Shown here piece after piece: positions 50,063 through 61,422 of a stretch of DNA of 64,000 nt. How positions within the stretch are numbered: position 1 is the stretch's first letter; each line of letters begins with the position of its first letter. The notes below the pieces were generated by a model that had not been told where the DNA came from, did no database searches, and was given only the letters and a program-made list of their open reading frames with translations. Made by a program: the position numbers and the translations under genes. Source of the DNA: Thalia democratica (taxonomy: Eukaryota); the NCBI GenBank assembly GCA_965202585.1, contig OZ241831.1, positions 2,790,001-2,854,000 of the forward strand, in the 5' to 3' direction.

Positions 50063-52881
50063 ACTGATTTTAGACACTACAAACTTTACAAGCTGAAATA
50101 TAATTTTATGTTACTCATTGATAAAACATTATTCAACTATTGTGTATAAAATATTTTTACAGTTTGTAGAGGTTTATAAATTTTTTAGTTGATTATAACT
50201 CCCTGAGTTTAAATGAAATTTTAAATAAAGAATTAAATGAAATAATTTTACTGTTTATAAAGCTTAAGAATTTTACTAGTTTATTATAGTGCTCCCTGAA
50301 TTTTATTGCGAAAAGTATTGATCAACTTAAAACCTTAGAGCCAAGTGTTTATTATAGCAATTTTCATAATACTACAAAATATTGTTTTGTAAAAACATTA
50401 GACATATATCTAGAATGTTTTTCATACCTGACTAAATTGTTAAGTAACTGAATACGTACATTCTGGTTACTTAGTTTAACACGTGACAAGTTCAAAATGC
50501 ACAATAAATAATCAACCATATAGTATGTGACTTACAACAATTGTTTTGATTTTTTCAAGGTCACTGTGGATTGGTCTAACACTTTTGGCGCTAATAAGTT
50601 ATATTTCGTTTTGATTGAGATAACTGCTGCAGGCAGAAGATATTTATATTAAACATAAAAAAAATTAATGAACGGAATAGAAAATTACTTTTTCTAGTTT
50701 TTTATTAAAGTTCATTGTTTTCATACCGTGTCCTTTAGTTTTTGTAATAAAAATCTAACAAAATAGTTTTATATCCTAAAATAAATTGGTGTTCTAGTTG
50801 TGGTATATAATATATAAGTTTTATGAATACATTTTTTAGTTTTATATGCAGAAAACATGCCTTGATACTTTTCAAAATTTTTAAAGTAAGATCGCTCCAG
50901 GTAGTGAACAGTTTTACTTGAATACTGTAAATAAATCGATTGTTAAGTACGGTCACATAAACAAATAACATTTTTAGAAATATAAAAAACTAAAATAATT
51001 CATTAATACACTTATAGAGAAAAGAGTTTAGAACAAGCTGTTAATGTTTTTGTTAACAAATGTTTTTTAACGATATCTATAGTGTTATGATAAACATTAA
51101 ATGTAACATTATCTTTAAATAAACTTGACTATTTTTTAAGATATTTCATTAGACAAGGTATTTTAGATTATAATTATAAGTCAAAATGAGTTTACTTCGA
51201 AAATTGATAGAGAAATATTCAATTGAAGTTCAACGAATGTATTAAAACTATAACACAAACATACTTATTTTTACTAAAATGTTTTTGTTTTACTTATTTA
51301 TTTAACTTTAATTTTTTTAGTAAATAAAATGGGATAACAAGTGATTATAAAAGTTTTAAAATGTTTTTTTTTTCACAGGTTTATTTGTTTTTATGAAATA
51401 TGTAAGGTAAGATCGACTCCTTAGCCTGTCGTTATGCTAAACAGGGCTGACTAGTTTGGAGAAAAAATATGTTTATTGTTGCAAGTCTTTTGTTTTGCAA
51501 ACCATTAAAACATTAAGCTTAAACTTAAAGACACAGAACAAAAAAGTAAAAACTAAAAGTTTATACAGTTCGAAAAAAAATTAAACATTTTTAATTTATT
51601 TTAAAGTTTAAAGATTAACATAAAAATCAAACTTTTAACACACAAACTTATACTTATTATTTTATCTACGCTTTGATGTAGCAGGTTTTATTTAAATTTT
51701 GTCTTTTCACCTCCTTAAAATCAATTTCATCATTATTACTTTCAATGATCTGTGAGATCTCACAATGATAGTTAAACAAATTTCATTTTTAACATCAACT
51801 TTTAGCTTCTCACCAATATAAAATATTCTCTGCAAAATACTTTTTGTGATACTGTAAAGGGGATGCCATAGAAAATTATAAAGTTGTAAGCTTGTGAATC
51901 AAAACCACCTATCAAAATTGTTATGAAAATTACTGATAGCTTTCTGAATAATTCTGAAGGTTTGTTTACATATAAAGTATACTCATTTTGTAGTGTAAGT
52001 GTATATATCTATTAACCATACAAAAAAAAACTTTTGATAGCTAAAAGTTTAATTTTAATATTGAAAGGCTGTTTCTAAAAATATATACATACACTAAATA
52101 TCTATTACTAAACTTTATATAGGTGTGGCCTAGTGGTGTAAGAGTTCTTATGACAATTTGAAAACTCTCTGTGTTGAAGTGGTACAAAAATATTTTATTT
52201 TGTGATACCAGCAATAAAAAATTTGGTAAAGCTAAGTAGTATCCTTTGTTGATTTCCTGTAGTAGGTACTTACCCAAAAACAAAGAAAACAAATACATGT
52301 ATCCAGGGTTGTCAGAAAAAGTTTTATAAACGTAATAAAAAAGTCGACGCTCAAAAATTTTGATCAAACAACCTAAAGTATAGAGAGATCGTTCCGTTGT
52401 CAAACGAAAATATAAAGTACTAAAACCTATTTTAAAATATGGAATTTTAAGTACTTAACAAATGTTTAATTGAATCAATCTAAAACACCACTTTTAGATT
52501 TACTTGTCGCCTGAACTGCAACTATGCTCAATGCATGATCTACAGTGGGTCATTTTTATTCACATGTAGTTTTTAAAAGTTGCTAAAGTGTGGCATTTCA
52601 GGTTAAATCAAACAAACGTCTACCTAGTTTTTAGTTTTCAGATCTCATAGCAACCCTTAATTTCTGACAATCCTTCTCTACAGAATAGAGCCAAGTAGTA
52701 CCCGTAACAATCGTTCTAGAACGGATAGTTCTTAAATACAGAATTCAGACAACGGTACATGTTTGGGGGATCAAGATTCAAATCAGACGGGCCTTTAGGT
52801 TTATTTTCTCTCGTGTTGATAGTATTACAACAGGGGATTCTTAAAGACGACAGTAACATGCTCTACTTATGTAGAAACAGT

Positions 52882-53030
52882 CAGGGGCGTCGCGTGAGGG
52901 TGGCACACTGGAGCTGGAGTGTTCCACGTAGTCAAAAGTGATAAAATAAAAAATATTTTTTCATTAATTTCAGATTTTTCGTCTTTTATGATTGAATTTG
53001 ATAATATGTTTGGTTATTTTTATAATTTTA
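52882..53030. repeat. GC-rich interspersed repeat head (CAGGGGCGTCGCG..CACTGGAGCTG..GTTCCAC); eroded copies at ~36067 and ~58544 precede the 28-bp arrays
   Basis: Three related copies; the CAGGG start is typical of DNA-transposon termini; other end not identified. Confidence 0.45.
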
Positions 53031-54375
53031 TTTACCAAATTATTTTTACACAATTAACATATACCAAATTTCCCATACAAAAAGGTCTTTAAAAGCTTAT
53101 TTGTTTACCATACAAACTTATTCTTATTATTTTACTTACGCTTTGATGTAGCAAGTTTTGTGTAAATTTTGTTTATTCATCTCCTTAAAATCAGTTTCAT
53201 CATTATTACTTTCTATGATCTGTGAGATGACACAATAACATCTACATAAATTTTCATTTTTGCATCAACTTCTAGCGTCTTACCAATATGGAATATTCTC
53301 CGCAAAATCTAGGATATTCTATCATAGACAGTCAAACTTAAAAAAAATAAAATGCTATAATACATTCTAAAATTTTATTTTTGCAATAGATCTTCAAGTT
53401 ATTGTTGTATAGCTTATACTCTAAACAGTTTATAATAATTTATTAGTAATTGTGTATTACTTAATCAGTTAACTTTGTTTAAGTTTATTTTTTTAGTATA
53501 TTTTTATAAGTAATTAGCTAACTATTTAAGTAAGTAACACGAGTAAAGTCTAAGGAAGAAAAAAAAAATAGCTAACCAACAATTTAAAATTCTTACCAGC
53601 TAAATGTTATTTACTAGCAAGATAATTTAATAACTGCTTTTTTTTTCAAATTGTTCGTTCTTGATCACTAAAATATATATTCTAACCATAAATAACAAAG
53701 CTTTTATAAAAAGAAAAAAGTGTTAATGTAATAAAAAAATTTAAATACTTATTAAATTACCTATGCAACTGCTAGACTACCATTTTTGAACATATCAATT
53801 TCATGTAACATTCGTGAAGCTTTAATAACTTAAATAGTGTTACATTACTAGTATATATCAAACTGTAGTACAATAGTTTATTTTGTCAAGCTACAGCTGT
53901 TTTAAAGAACAATAGTTGTAGTTTTATTTCGACTTAAAACTACAATAGTTCTGTATATATTACTGTTATATATTATTTTTATTCAACTGGTAAAATGATG
54001 TTATAATAAAGTAGTATATTTTACACGAAAGTTACAAGACATCATCTATTTGTATTGCATATATGACAAGTAATTTATAGAAGTCTCAAATTTTCACACT
54101 CGCAAGACATTAAAATTCAATCAAAATTGCTGTTGAGACCTTGTACTGTTTTACAATTTTATTAGAGTTATATAAAATTACATTTACAACAAATTTAGTA
54201 CAAAATGATACCATAGTTAAGAAACTTAGTTTATTTAACATAAGTATACAAACCTAAAAATCTCAAAAAGTATTCTAAAAGAACTCACGAAAACTATACG
54301 TAGTAGCAAACACAACTTAACAATACATAAGAATGAAGCAACATATACAACGATAATAGACTCATAAAAACAGCA

Positions 54376-55494
54376 TTACAACGCAGTTACTTTACCCATG
54401 AACAAAGTTTGACTTTTGAACAAAATCATCAACACAAACGGATGATCAACTGTGAAATGAATTGGTTCTCGGTTGCATTTAATGGCTGTATGTGGTATTA
54501 ATCTTGACGCAGTTGCTGCTGCAGCTTCAGTTCCATTTTCATTTGTCTCAATGAATGCTTTGTGCACTGCCTCGGAGACGTAAAGTCCACTTGATTGCGT
54601 GGACATTGCACTAAAATCTGCAAGACTTTTATCAAAAGCGTCTTTTACTCCCAACAAACGTAAGCATACGTTCAATTTAGCTTCATACTCAAGTTTGAAT
54701 TTTGGCATTCTCAACGAAACATATTCATAATTGAACTTGTTAACATCTTTGAGGCTTTCAATAGTTTCAACGTCCAGTTCTTTAATTACACTTTTTAGAC
54801 CAAATTTCTTATCAGGTAGAATTATCAGCATACTAAAATCTGGTTGCTTGTAAGGAATTCTCACACACTTGAACCCTTTTTCATCAACTGAAATGTAAGA
54901 GAAAGAACATTCCCGTCTCATCATTTTAACAGTAGAAGTTTTATTTTCTGCACAATAGAATTGAGCTTTATTGGTTTTATAACTTTTGAACTTATTAAAC
55001 CAATCACCTTTGAAGTAGATACAACTAACTAGAATACATGCAGTTTTAGAGTCCAATTCACTAAACAAATCTTTAATTTTTTCATTAGTACAACGTGCAA
55101 CCCAATCATTGATAATTTTTTTTGATTTGTCTGCATTGTTCTTGTAGTCTAAAGATTGAATTTGGCACTTAAGTGCAGTTTTCATATCACTTTCGTACTT
55201 TGCAACTATCTGAAATGTTTCTGAGGGAAATACAGAGTTAGCAAGTTCAACTTTTAAACTATTAGAATCGTAGTTAAGTACATCATTTAACGCTTTGAGC
55301 TTAGAAAGAAGTTCTTCATCTTTTACAAAACCTAGTGCTTCTTCAATCTGATGCTTGGTTGTTCCATTTGAGCCTAGTAGTAGCATAGAAAGAGCAAGCG
55401 AAATGCTCAGTGGTGAAAAGAAAATGTTTTCGTTTTCATCAGTGATTTCACAGAGCTTTTCAAAGATATTGACATCAAACGAATTGAAATTCAT
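54376..55494 (-). CDS. Intracellular serpin, intact, 372 aa; RCL ENGTEAAAATASRLIPHTAIKC
   Basis: Full ORF with serpin motifs. Confidence 0.95.
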   Translation of the reverse strand: MNFNSFDVNIFEKLCEITDENENIFFSPLSISLALSMLLLGSNGTTKHQIEEALGFVKDEELLSKLKALNDVLNYDSNSLKVELANSVFPSETFQIVAKYESDMKTALKCQIQSLDYKNNADKSKKIINDWVARCTNEKIKDLFSELDSKTACILVSCIYFKGDWFNKFKSYKTNKAQFYCAENKTSTVKMMRRECSFSYISVDEKGFKCVRIPYKQPDFSMLIILPDKKFGLKSVIKELDVETIESLKDVNKFNYEYVSLRMPKFKLEYEAKLNVCLRLLGVKDAFDKSLADFSAMSTQSSGLYVSEAVHKAFIETNENGTEAAAATASRLIPHTAIKCNREPIHFTVDHPFVLMILFKSQTLFMGKVTAL

Positions 55495-58400
55495 ACCGAT
55501 TTTAGACACTACAAACTTTACAAGCTGAAATATAATTCTATATTACACATTAATAAAACATTATTTAACTATTGTGTATAAAATATTTTTACAGTTTGTT
55601 AATCTTAATAAAATAATTAGTTTATTATAACTTCCTGAGTTTAAATGCAAAATATTTTGATCAACCTAAAAACCTTAGAGCCAAGTATTCACTAAAGCAA
55701 TTTTTATAATACTACAAAGTATTGTTGTGTAACAAAATAAGATATATATCTAGTATGTCTTTCATACCTGACTAAATTGTGAAGTAACTGAATAATTACA
55801 TTCTGATTACGTAATTAAAAACGCAACAAACTCAAAATGCACAACTAATAATCAACTATATAGTAAGTAACTTTAAACATTTTATTTTATTTTTTAGTGT
55901 TTACTGTGGTTTGTTCTAACACTTTTTGCGCTAATGAGTTATATTTCGTTTTGATTGAGATAATAGGCAGAATTTGTATATATTAAGCAGAAAAAAAATG
56001 GCTCAACTAAACTTTTAAGTTATATATTGGAATTATAACTAGTTTTTCTTAATGCACATGGTTTTTTCACCGTGTCTTTTAGATTTTGTAATAAAAAAGC
56101 TACAATATTTACTTTTTAACCTTTAAAATGTTATAAATCGGTATTTTAGTTGTAGTATATAAATTTCAGCTGATACTTGTTAATATATAAATTTTTATTT
56201 AAATTAATTAATATAGTTAACTACTTTTGAAATGATTAGATAAATAAGTTAATAAAACTTTGCAAAATGTTTAGACTAAATAGTTATTTGTGTTCAGTTT
56301 AAAAAAATAAAATTAAAGCACTATAAACAAAATATTCAAATATGTTCTTAAAAAAATTTTAATGAAAAATTTTAGATTGTTTTTTATATTTTATTAACTT
56401 TAAAAGTAACTTACAAACAAGATATAACTTTTTGATTAGCACGTAAAAGAAAGTTAAAACTTCTCCTTTTATTATGATATAAAATTACAGCAATATCGTT
56501 TAAGTTAAATAAAATAACCTTACAAATTTTCCAGAATGGTAAAACAACTTTTAAAATAAACAATTTTAGATTACTAATCGGCAAATTATAAAAGAGACTC
56601 ACTTTGTAGAAAAATCTTTCATAGGTTGCAGTTAACTAAAGTAGGTAAAATATGAAAGTACAATTATAAACTAAATTATCAATTTAACAAGCAAAAAAAA
56701 TACATTAGTAAATACTAATTGATAAACTTAGAACCTAATTATAAGTTTTGAATACGAAAATACAACTTAAAAATATACTTTTAGCTGAAAATTTTATCGT
56801 GGGCCAGGTATTTTTGTTTTTAAACCGAAAAATTCGGCTCCTGGACCGCTCTTTGTCATCTCGTGTTATAGATGGTCAACGTTAACAAATATTTTTGTCA
56901 TAGATCGTCAAGGGTTATCGTCAAATAAAGTTTATACTATGAACAGTTTGTAATAATCTATAGTAGTTTTTTTATTACATAAAAATCAGTTTGCTTTGTT
57001 AAAGTTTTAATTCTAAAGTATATAATAACAAGTTATCAGTGAGCTGTTTAATTAAATTACGTGAGTAAGATCTAAAAGAAGAAAATACAAAAGCTAACCA
57101 ACTAAGAACAATTTTTACCAGAAAAAAGGTCATTTAAAAGTGAGAGATTGTTAAAAAGCTACTTTGTGATTTTGATATATCCTGTTCTCGTCTACTCAAA
57201 TTTATATTATTATCATAAAAATTAAGTTGTAATAAAAGTAAAATAAAGTCAAATCAATTTAGAGTTTAAATACTTTTTTAAGTAGTTCATACTACTTATA
57301 CCATAAGGTCAAAACCGCTAAACTTTAATTTCTCTAAATAAATATAATTTATTGAACAACAAAAACAGCGCTCAAAATAGTTAGTATTTGAACTGGTGCA
57401 CAAAAAGTCCTTTCGGTTATCGAGTCGCACACCACAGATACCTTTTAACGTCTTGGCCAAAACAGATACATGATTTTAACAAATATACTTGTCAACTGGA
57501 GTTGAGTTTGAATAGTTGTTAATTTTATACTAGCTTTAATAACAATTACGCTAAACATTTTATATATACTCACAATATTTATTAAAAAAAAATAAATGTT
57601 TGTTTTTAAAGCAACTTGATTTACTTATACCATATTTATAGTTGAACAAACACTAAGCTCCAAACTTTTAACACACATCCTATTTCTTATTATTTTATTT
57701 ACGGTCCGATGTAGCAGGTTTTATGTAAATTTTGTCTTTCTATCTCCTAAAAATCAATTTCATCATTGATACTTTCTATGATCTGTGAGATCCCACAATA
57801 ATAGTTACACAAATTTCCATTTAAGCATCAACTTCTAGCTTCTCCTCAACGTAAAATATTCTCTGCAAAACTTAAGAAAAAACATACTGGAACACTCAAG
57901 TCAATCATTTCAGTACTTCTTGTGCAAAAGTAAAACATTTGAAAAAAAATAAAGTTTACTATAGATAGATTAACAAATATCAGAAATAAGCTTAGTATTA
58001 GTAAACACATAGACGTGAAAAACATAGTATTTGATGCAATGAAGATCAACTTAAGATAAAAAGTAATGCTTAAACAACAATATTTTTATTTAACACTGAA
58101 AACAGTAACTCAAATGTAATATAAATGTTCTTCAAATAAAATTACAGCTGTTTCAATGAGCTCTGGAATGAAAGTTACTGTTTACTGAACAACAAAAAAG
58201 CGTTCAAAACAATTTGTCTTAGGCCTTGGTGCACGAAAAACCTTTCAGTTATCGAGTCGTACACCACTTGGATACATTTTAACGTCTTGTCCAAGACAAG
58301 CTATACTGGACTCTGGCTATATTTCTGGAAATAAAGCTAACTTTTATAGACTCTTTTTCAAACTCTACATTTCAATAAAAATACAAACAAGACTAATAAA

Positions 58401-58802
58401 ATTTTATGACAAATTTCATGTACAAAGAAGGAGAAAAATAGTCTTATACTTTTGTATATACAAATACATTGTAATTTTCTGTTGATTTTAAGTGCGCACC
58501 TAAATGGTTTTTAACAAATTAAAATAAAATACTGCTATCAAGTGTCATCGCTGGAGGGGAAACACTGGAGCTGTTGTTCCACGTAGTAAAAAAATAGAAG
58601 AAAAAAAAATGTTTAAATTTCAGATTTTACGCATTTTTTCATTGAGTTTAATGATAAATTTGGTTATTTTTGTAGTTTTCATATTTGTTCTTTGAATACT
58701 ACTAAAATTATAGCTGCAAGCTCAATCTGTGTCAGCTGCATTTTAAATATGTACAAGTTTTTAACACAAAAAGTTGTTGAAACAAAAATTTTTAACTGCA
58801 GC

Positions 58803-59180
58803 ACTGTGAATTAAAAAATTAGTTTTGTACTATACCAATTAAAAAATTAGTTTTGTACCATATGAGTTGAAAAATTAGTTTTGTACAATATAAATTAAAA
58901 AGTTAGTTTTGCACTATGTGAATGAAAAATTAGTTTTGTACAACATGAATTAAAAAAATAGTTTTGTACAATATGAATTAAAAAATTAGTTTTGTACAAT
59001 ATGAATTAAAAAAATAGTTTTGTACAATATGAAATGAAAAATTAGTTTTGCACAATATAAATTGAAAATTAGTTTTGTACAATATGAATTAAAAAATTAG
59101 TTTTGCACAATATATTAAAAAATTAGTTTTGCACAATATGAATTAAAAAATTAGTTTTGCAAAATATGAGTTGAAAATTA
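58803..59180. repeat. 28-bp minisatellite, ~13 units
   Basis: Same unit and same flanks as 36301-38552. Confidence 0.93.
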
Positions 59181-59858
59181 CTGATTGTAAACAATGTGAA
59201 TATACTGAAATAAAAAATTAAGTAGAAAAACTTGATAATTTAATGATATAACTATAATTTAAATTTAATTTCATACTTGTTTTAAAACAAGTATAGCTAG
59301 AAAGTACATATTTTAAAATTATGTCATTAAAAGTATATTAGTAATAGTTTTATGGTTATTTTAAACAATTTTTAAACTTTCTAAGGAAATTACAAACAAA
59401 ATTAAATAGTCAATTTCGCAAAAAAAAAAAGTTTCGATAAAACTTACCCTTTTATTTTAAAATAATAGCAATATTTTTAAATTAAACAAATTAGTTTAAA
59501 ACTTCAAAAAATCTTAGTAGAAGAAATAAATTTTCATAGAACCACTGGTCGGCGTTTTTTTATAATTCAAGGGGAAATTTTTCAAGTTCTTAGCGAGACG
59601 CTTTTTATAAAAAAACCTTTCATAGGTCGCAGTTATTTAAAAAAGATGAAGTTAACAGTATATAAAAACAATTTAAAAAAACGAGCAAAAATAAATGATT
59701 AGTCTTCTGTCGTTATTTATATTTGTTATTTCTAAGTTTATTATTGTTAAATACTTGTTTTAATGTGATTGTCGAAAAAAATTTAATTAGTAACCTAACA
59801 ATTATTTTCTGTTTAAATACAAATCTTCTGCCTGCAGTAGTTACTTTTAACAGAACAG

Positions 59859-59865
59859 TGACTCA
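59859..59865. promoter_or_regulatory. AP-1-type site TGACTCA
   Basis: ~439 bp upstream of the ATG at 60304. Confidence 0.4.
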
Positions 59866-60303
59866 TTAGCGCCACAAGTGTCAAAACAAACAACAGCAAG
59901 CATTGAAGAACTCATTATTTCTTTAGTATCACTTATTTTATGATTGAATATCAATTATTCAAATATAGATTTTGTTACGTGTTTAACTAACTACTAAAAA
60001 TTCGCTTCTTAGCATTGTTGAATTGTTCTAACACTTATATCAAATATTAAAACTGGAATTATTTTTAAGTTTAAACTGTACTAACATTCATGCTACTTTA
60101 AAATATAACTAAAGCAGAGCTTTAATAGACATTTGGTTATATATAAAGTTATAAAAATTAATTTAAGCAAATAAGTAGAGTAATAGTTTCCTAGGCTTTT
60201 ACAAACTTTTAAAACTTATTGAAAAATATTAGTTATATAATATTAATTATTCATGATTAACATTGAAAATGTTTTAGGTTGTAAAGTTAGTTTTTAAATC
60301 AGT

Positions 60304-61422
60304 ATGAATTTCAATTCGTTTGATGTCAATCTTTTCAAAAAGCTTTGTGAAATCACTGATGAAAACGAAAACATTTTCTTTTCACCACTGAGCATTTCGC
60401 TTGCTCTTTCTATGCTACTTCTAGGTTCAAATGGAACAACCAAGCAGCAGATTGAAGAAGCACTAGGATTTGTAAAAGATGAAGAACTTCTTTCTAAGCT
60501 CAAAGCGTTAAATGATGTACTTAACTACGATTCTGATAGTTTAAAAGTTGAACTTGCTAACTCTGTATTTCCCTCAGAAACATTTATAATGGATGCAAAA
60601 TACAAGAGTGATATGGAAACTGCTTTTAAATGCCAAATCAAATCTTTAGACTACAAAAACAATACAGACAAATCTAAAAATAAAATCAATGATTGGGTTG
60701 CACATTATACTAATGGAAAAATTAAAAACTTGTTTAGGAAATTGTTTCCTGAAACTTCATGTGTTCTAGTTAGTTGTATCTACTTCAAAGGTGATTGGTA
60801 TAAAAAATTCGAACGTTGTAACACTTTCAAATTATCATTCTATTGTACAGAAAACAAAACTTCTACTGTTAAAATGATGAGACGGGAAAGTTATTACTCT
60901 TACATTTCAGTTGATGAAAAAGGTTTCAAGTGTGTCAGAATTCCTTACAAGCAACCAGAATTTAGTATGCTGATAATTTTCCTTGATGAAAAGTTTGGAT
61001 TGAAAAGTGTGATCGAAAAACTGGATGTTGCAACTATTAAAAACCTCAAAGATGTTAACAAGTTCCATGATGAATATGTTTTGCTAACAATTCCAAAGCT
61101 CAAACTTGAGTATAAAACTAAATTGAACGAATGCTTACATTTGTTGGGAGTAAAAGACGCTTTTGATAGTGGTCTTGCAGATTTTAGTGCAATGTCCACG
61201 CAATCCAGTGGACTATTTGTGTCCGAAGCAGTCCACAAAGCGTTTTTTGAGACGAATGAAAAAGGAACTGAAGCTGCTGCTGCAACTGGATCAACTTCTG
61301 TTGACATTTGTATATCTTCATCAGAAGAAGAGTTAATACCCTTTACAGTTGATCATCCGTTTGTGTTGATGATTTTGTTCAAAAATCAAACTTTGTTCAT
61401 GGGAAAAGTTACTTCGTTGTAA
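60304..61422 (+). CDS. Intracellular serpin, intact, 372 aa; RCL EKGTEAAAATGSTSVDICISSSEEE
   Basis: Full ORF; recent duplicate of 39706-40824. Confidence 0.95.
   Translation: MNFNSFDVNLFKKLCEITDENENIFFSPLSISLALSMLLLGSNGTTKQQIEEALGFVKDEELLSKLKALNDVLNYDSDSLKVELANSVFPSETFIMDAKYKSDMETAFKCQIKSLDYKNNTDKSKNKINDWVAHYTNGKIKNLFRKLFPETSCVLVSCIYFKGDWYKKFERCNTFKLSFYCTENKTSTVKMMRRESYYSYISVDEKGFKCVRIPYKQPEFSMLIIFLDEKFGLKSVIEKLDVATIKNLKDVNKFHDEYVLLTIPKLKLEYKTKLNECLHLLGVKDAFDSGLADFSAMSTQSSGLFVSEAVHKAFFETNEKGTEAAAATGSTSVDICISSSEEELIPFTVDHPFVLMILFKNQTLFMGKVTSL

Noticed and set aside
52115-52150. tRNA gene
   Set aside because: A-box-like motif only; no B box or cloverleaf follows
57810-57860. Selenocysteine or alternative-code reading of shared TGA codons in the exon relic; C-type-lectin-like WxEARxxC if TGA is read as Trp
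   Set aside because: Other copies contain additional TAA/TGA stops, no SECIS was seen, and the serpins use the standard code; shared ancestral nonsense changes suffice
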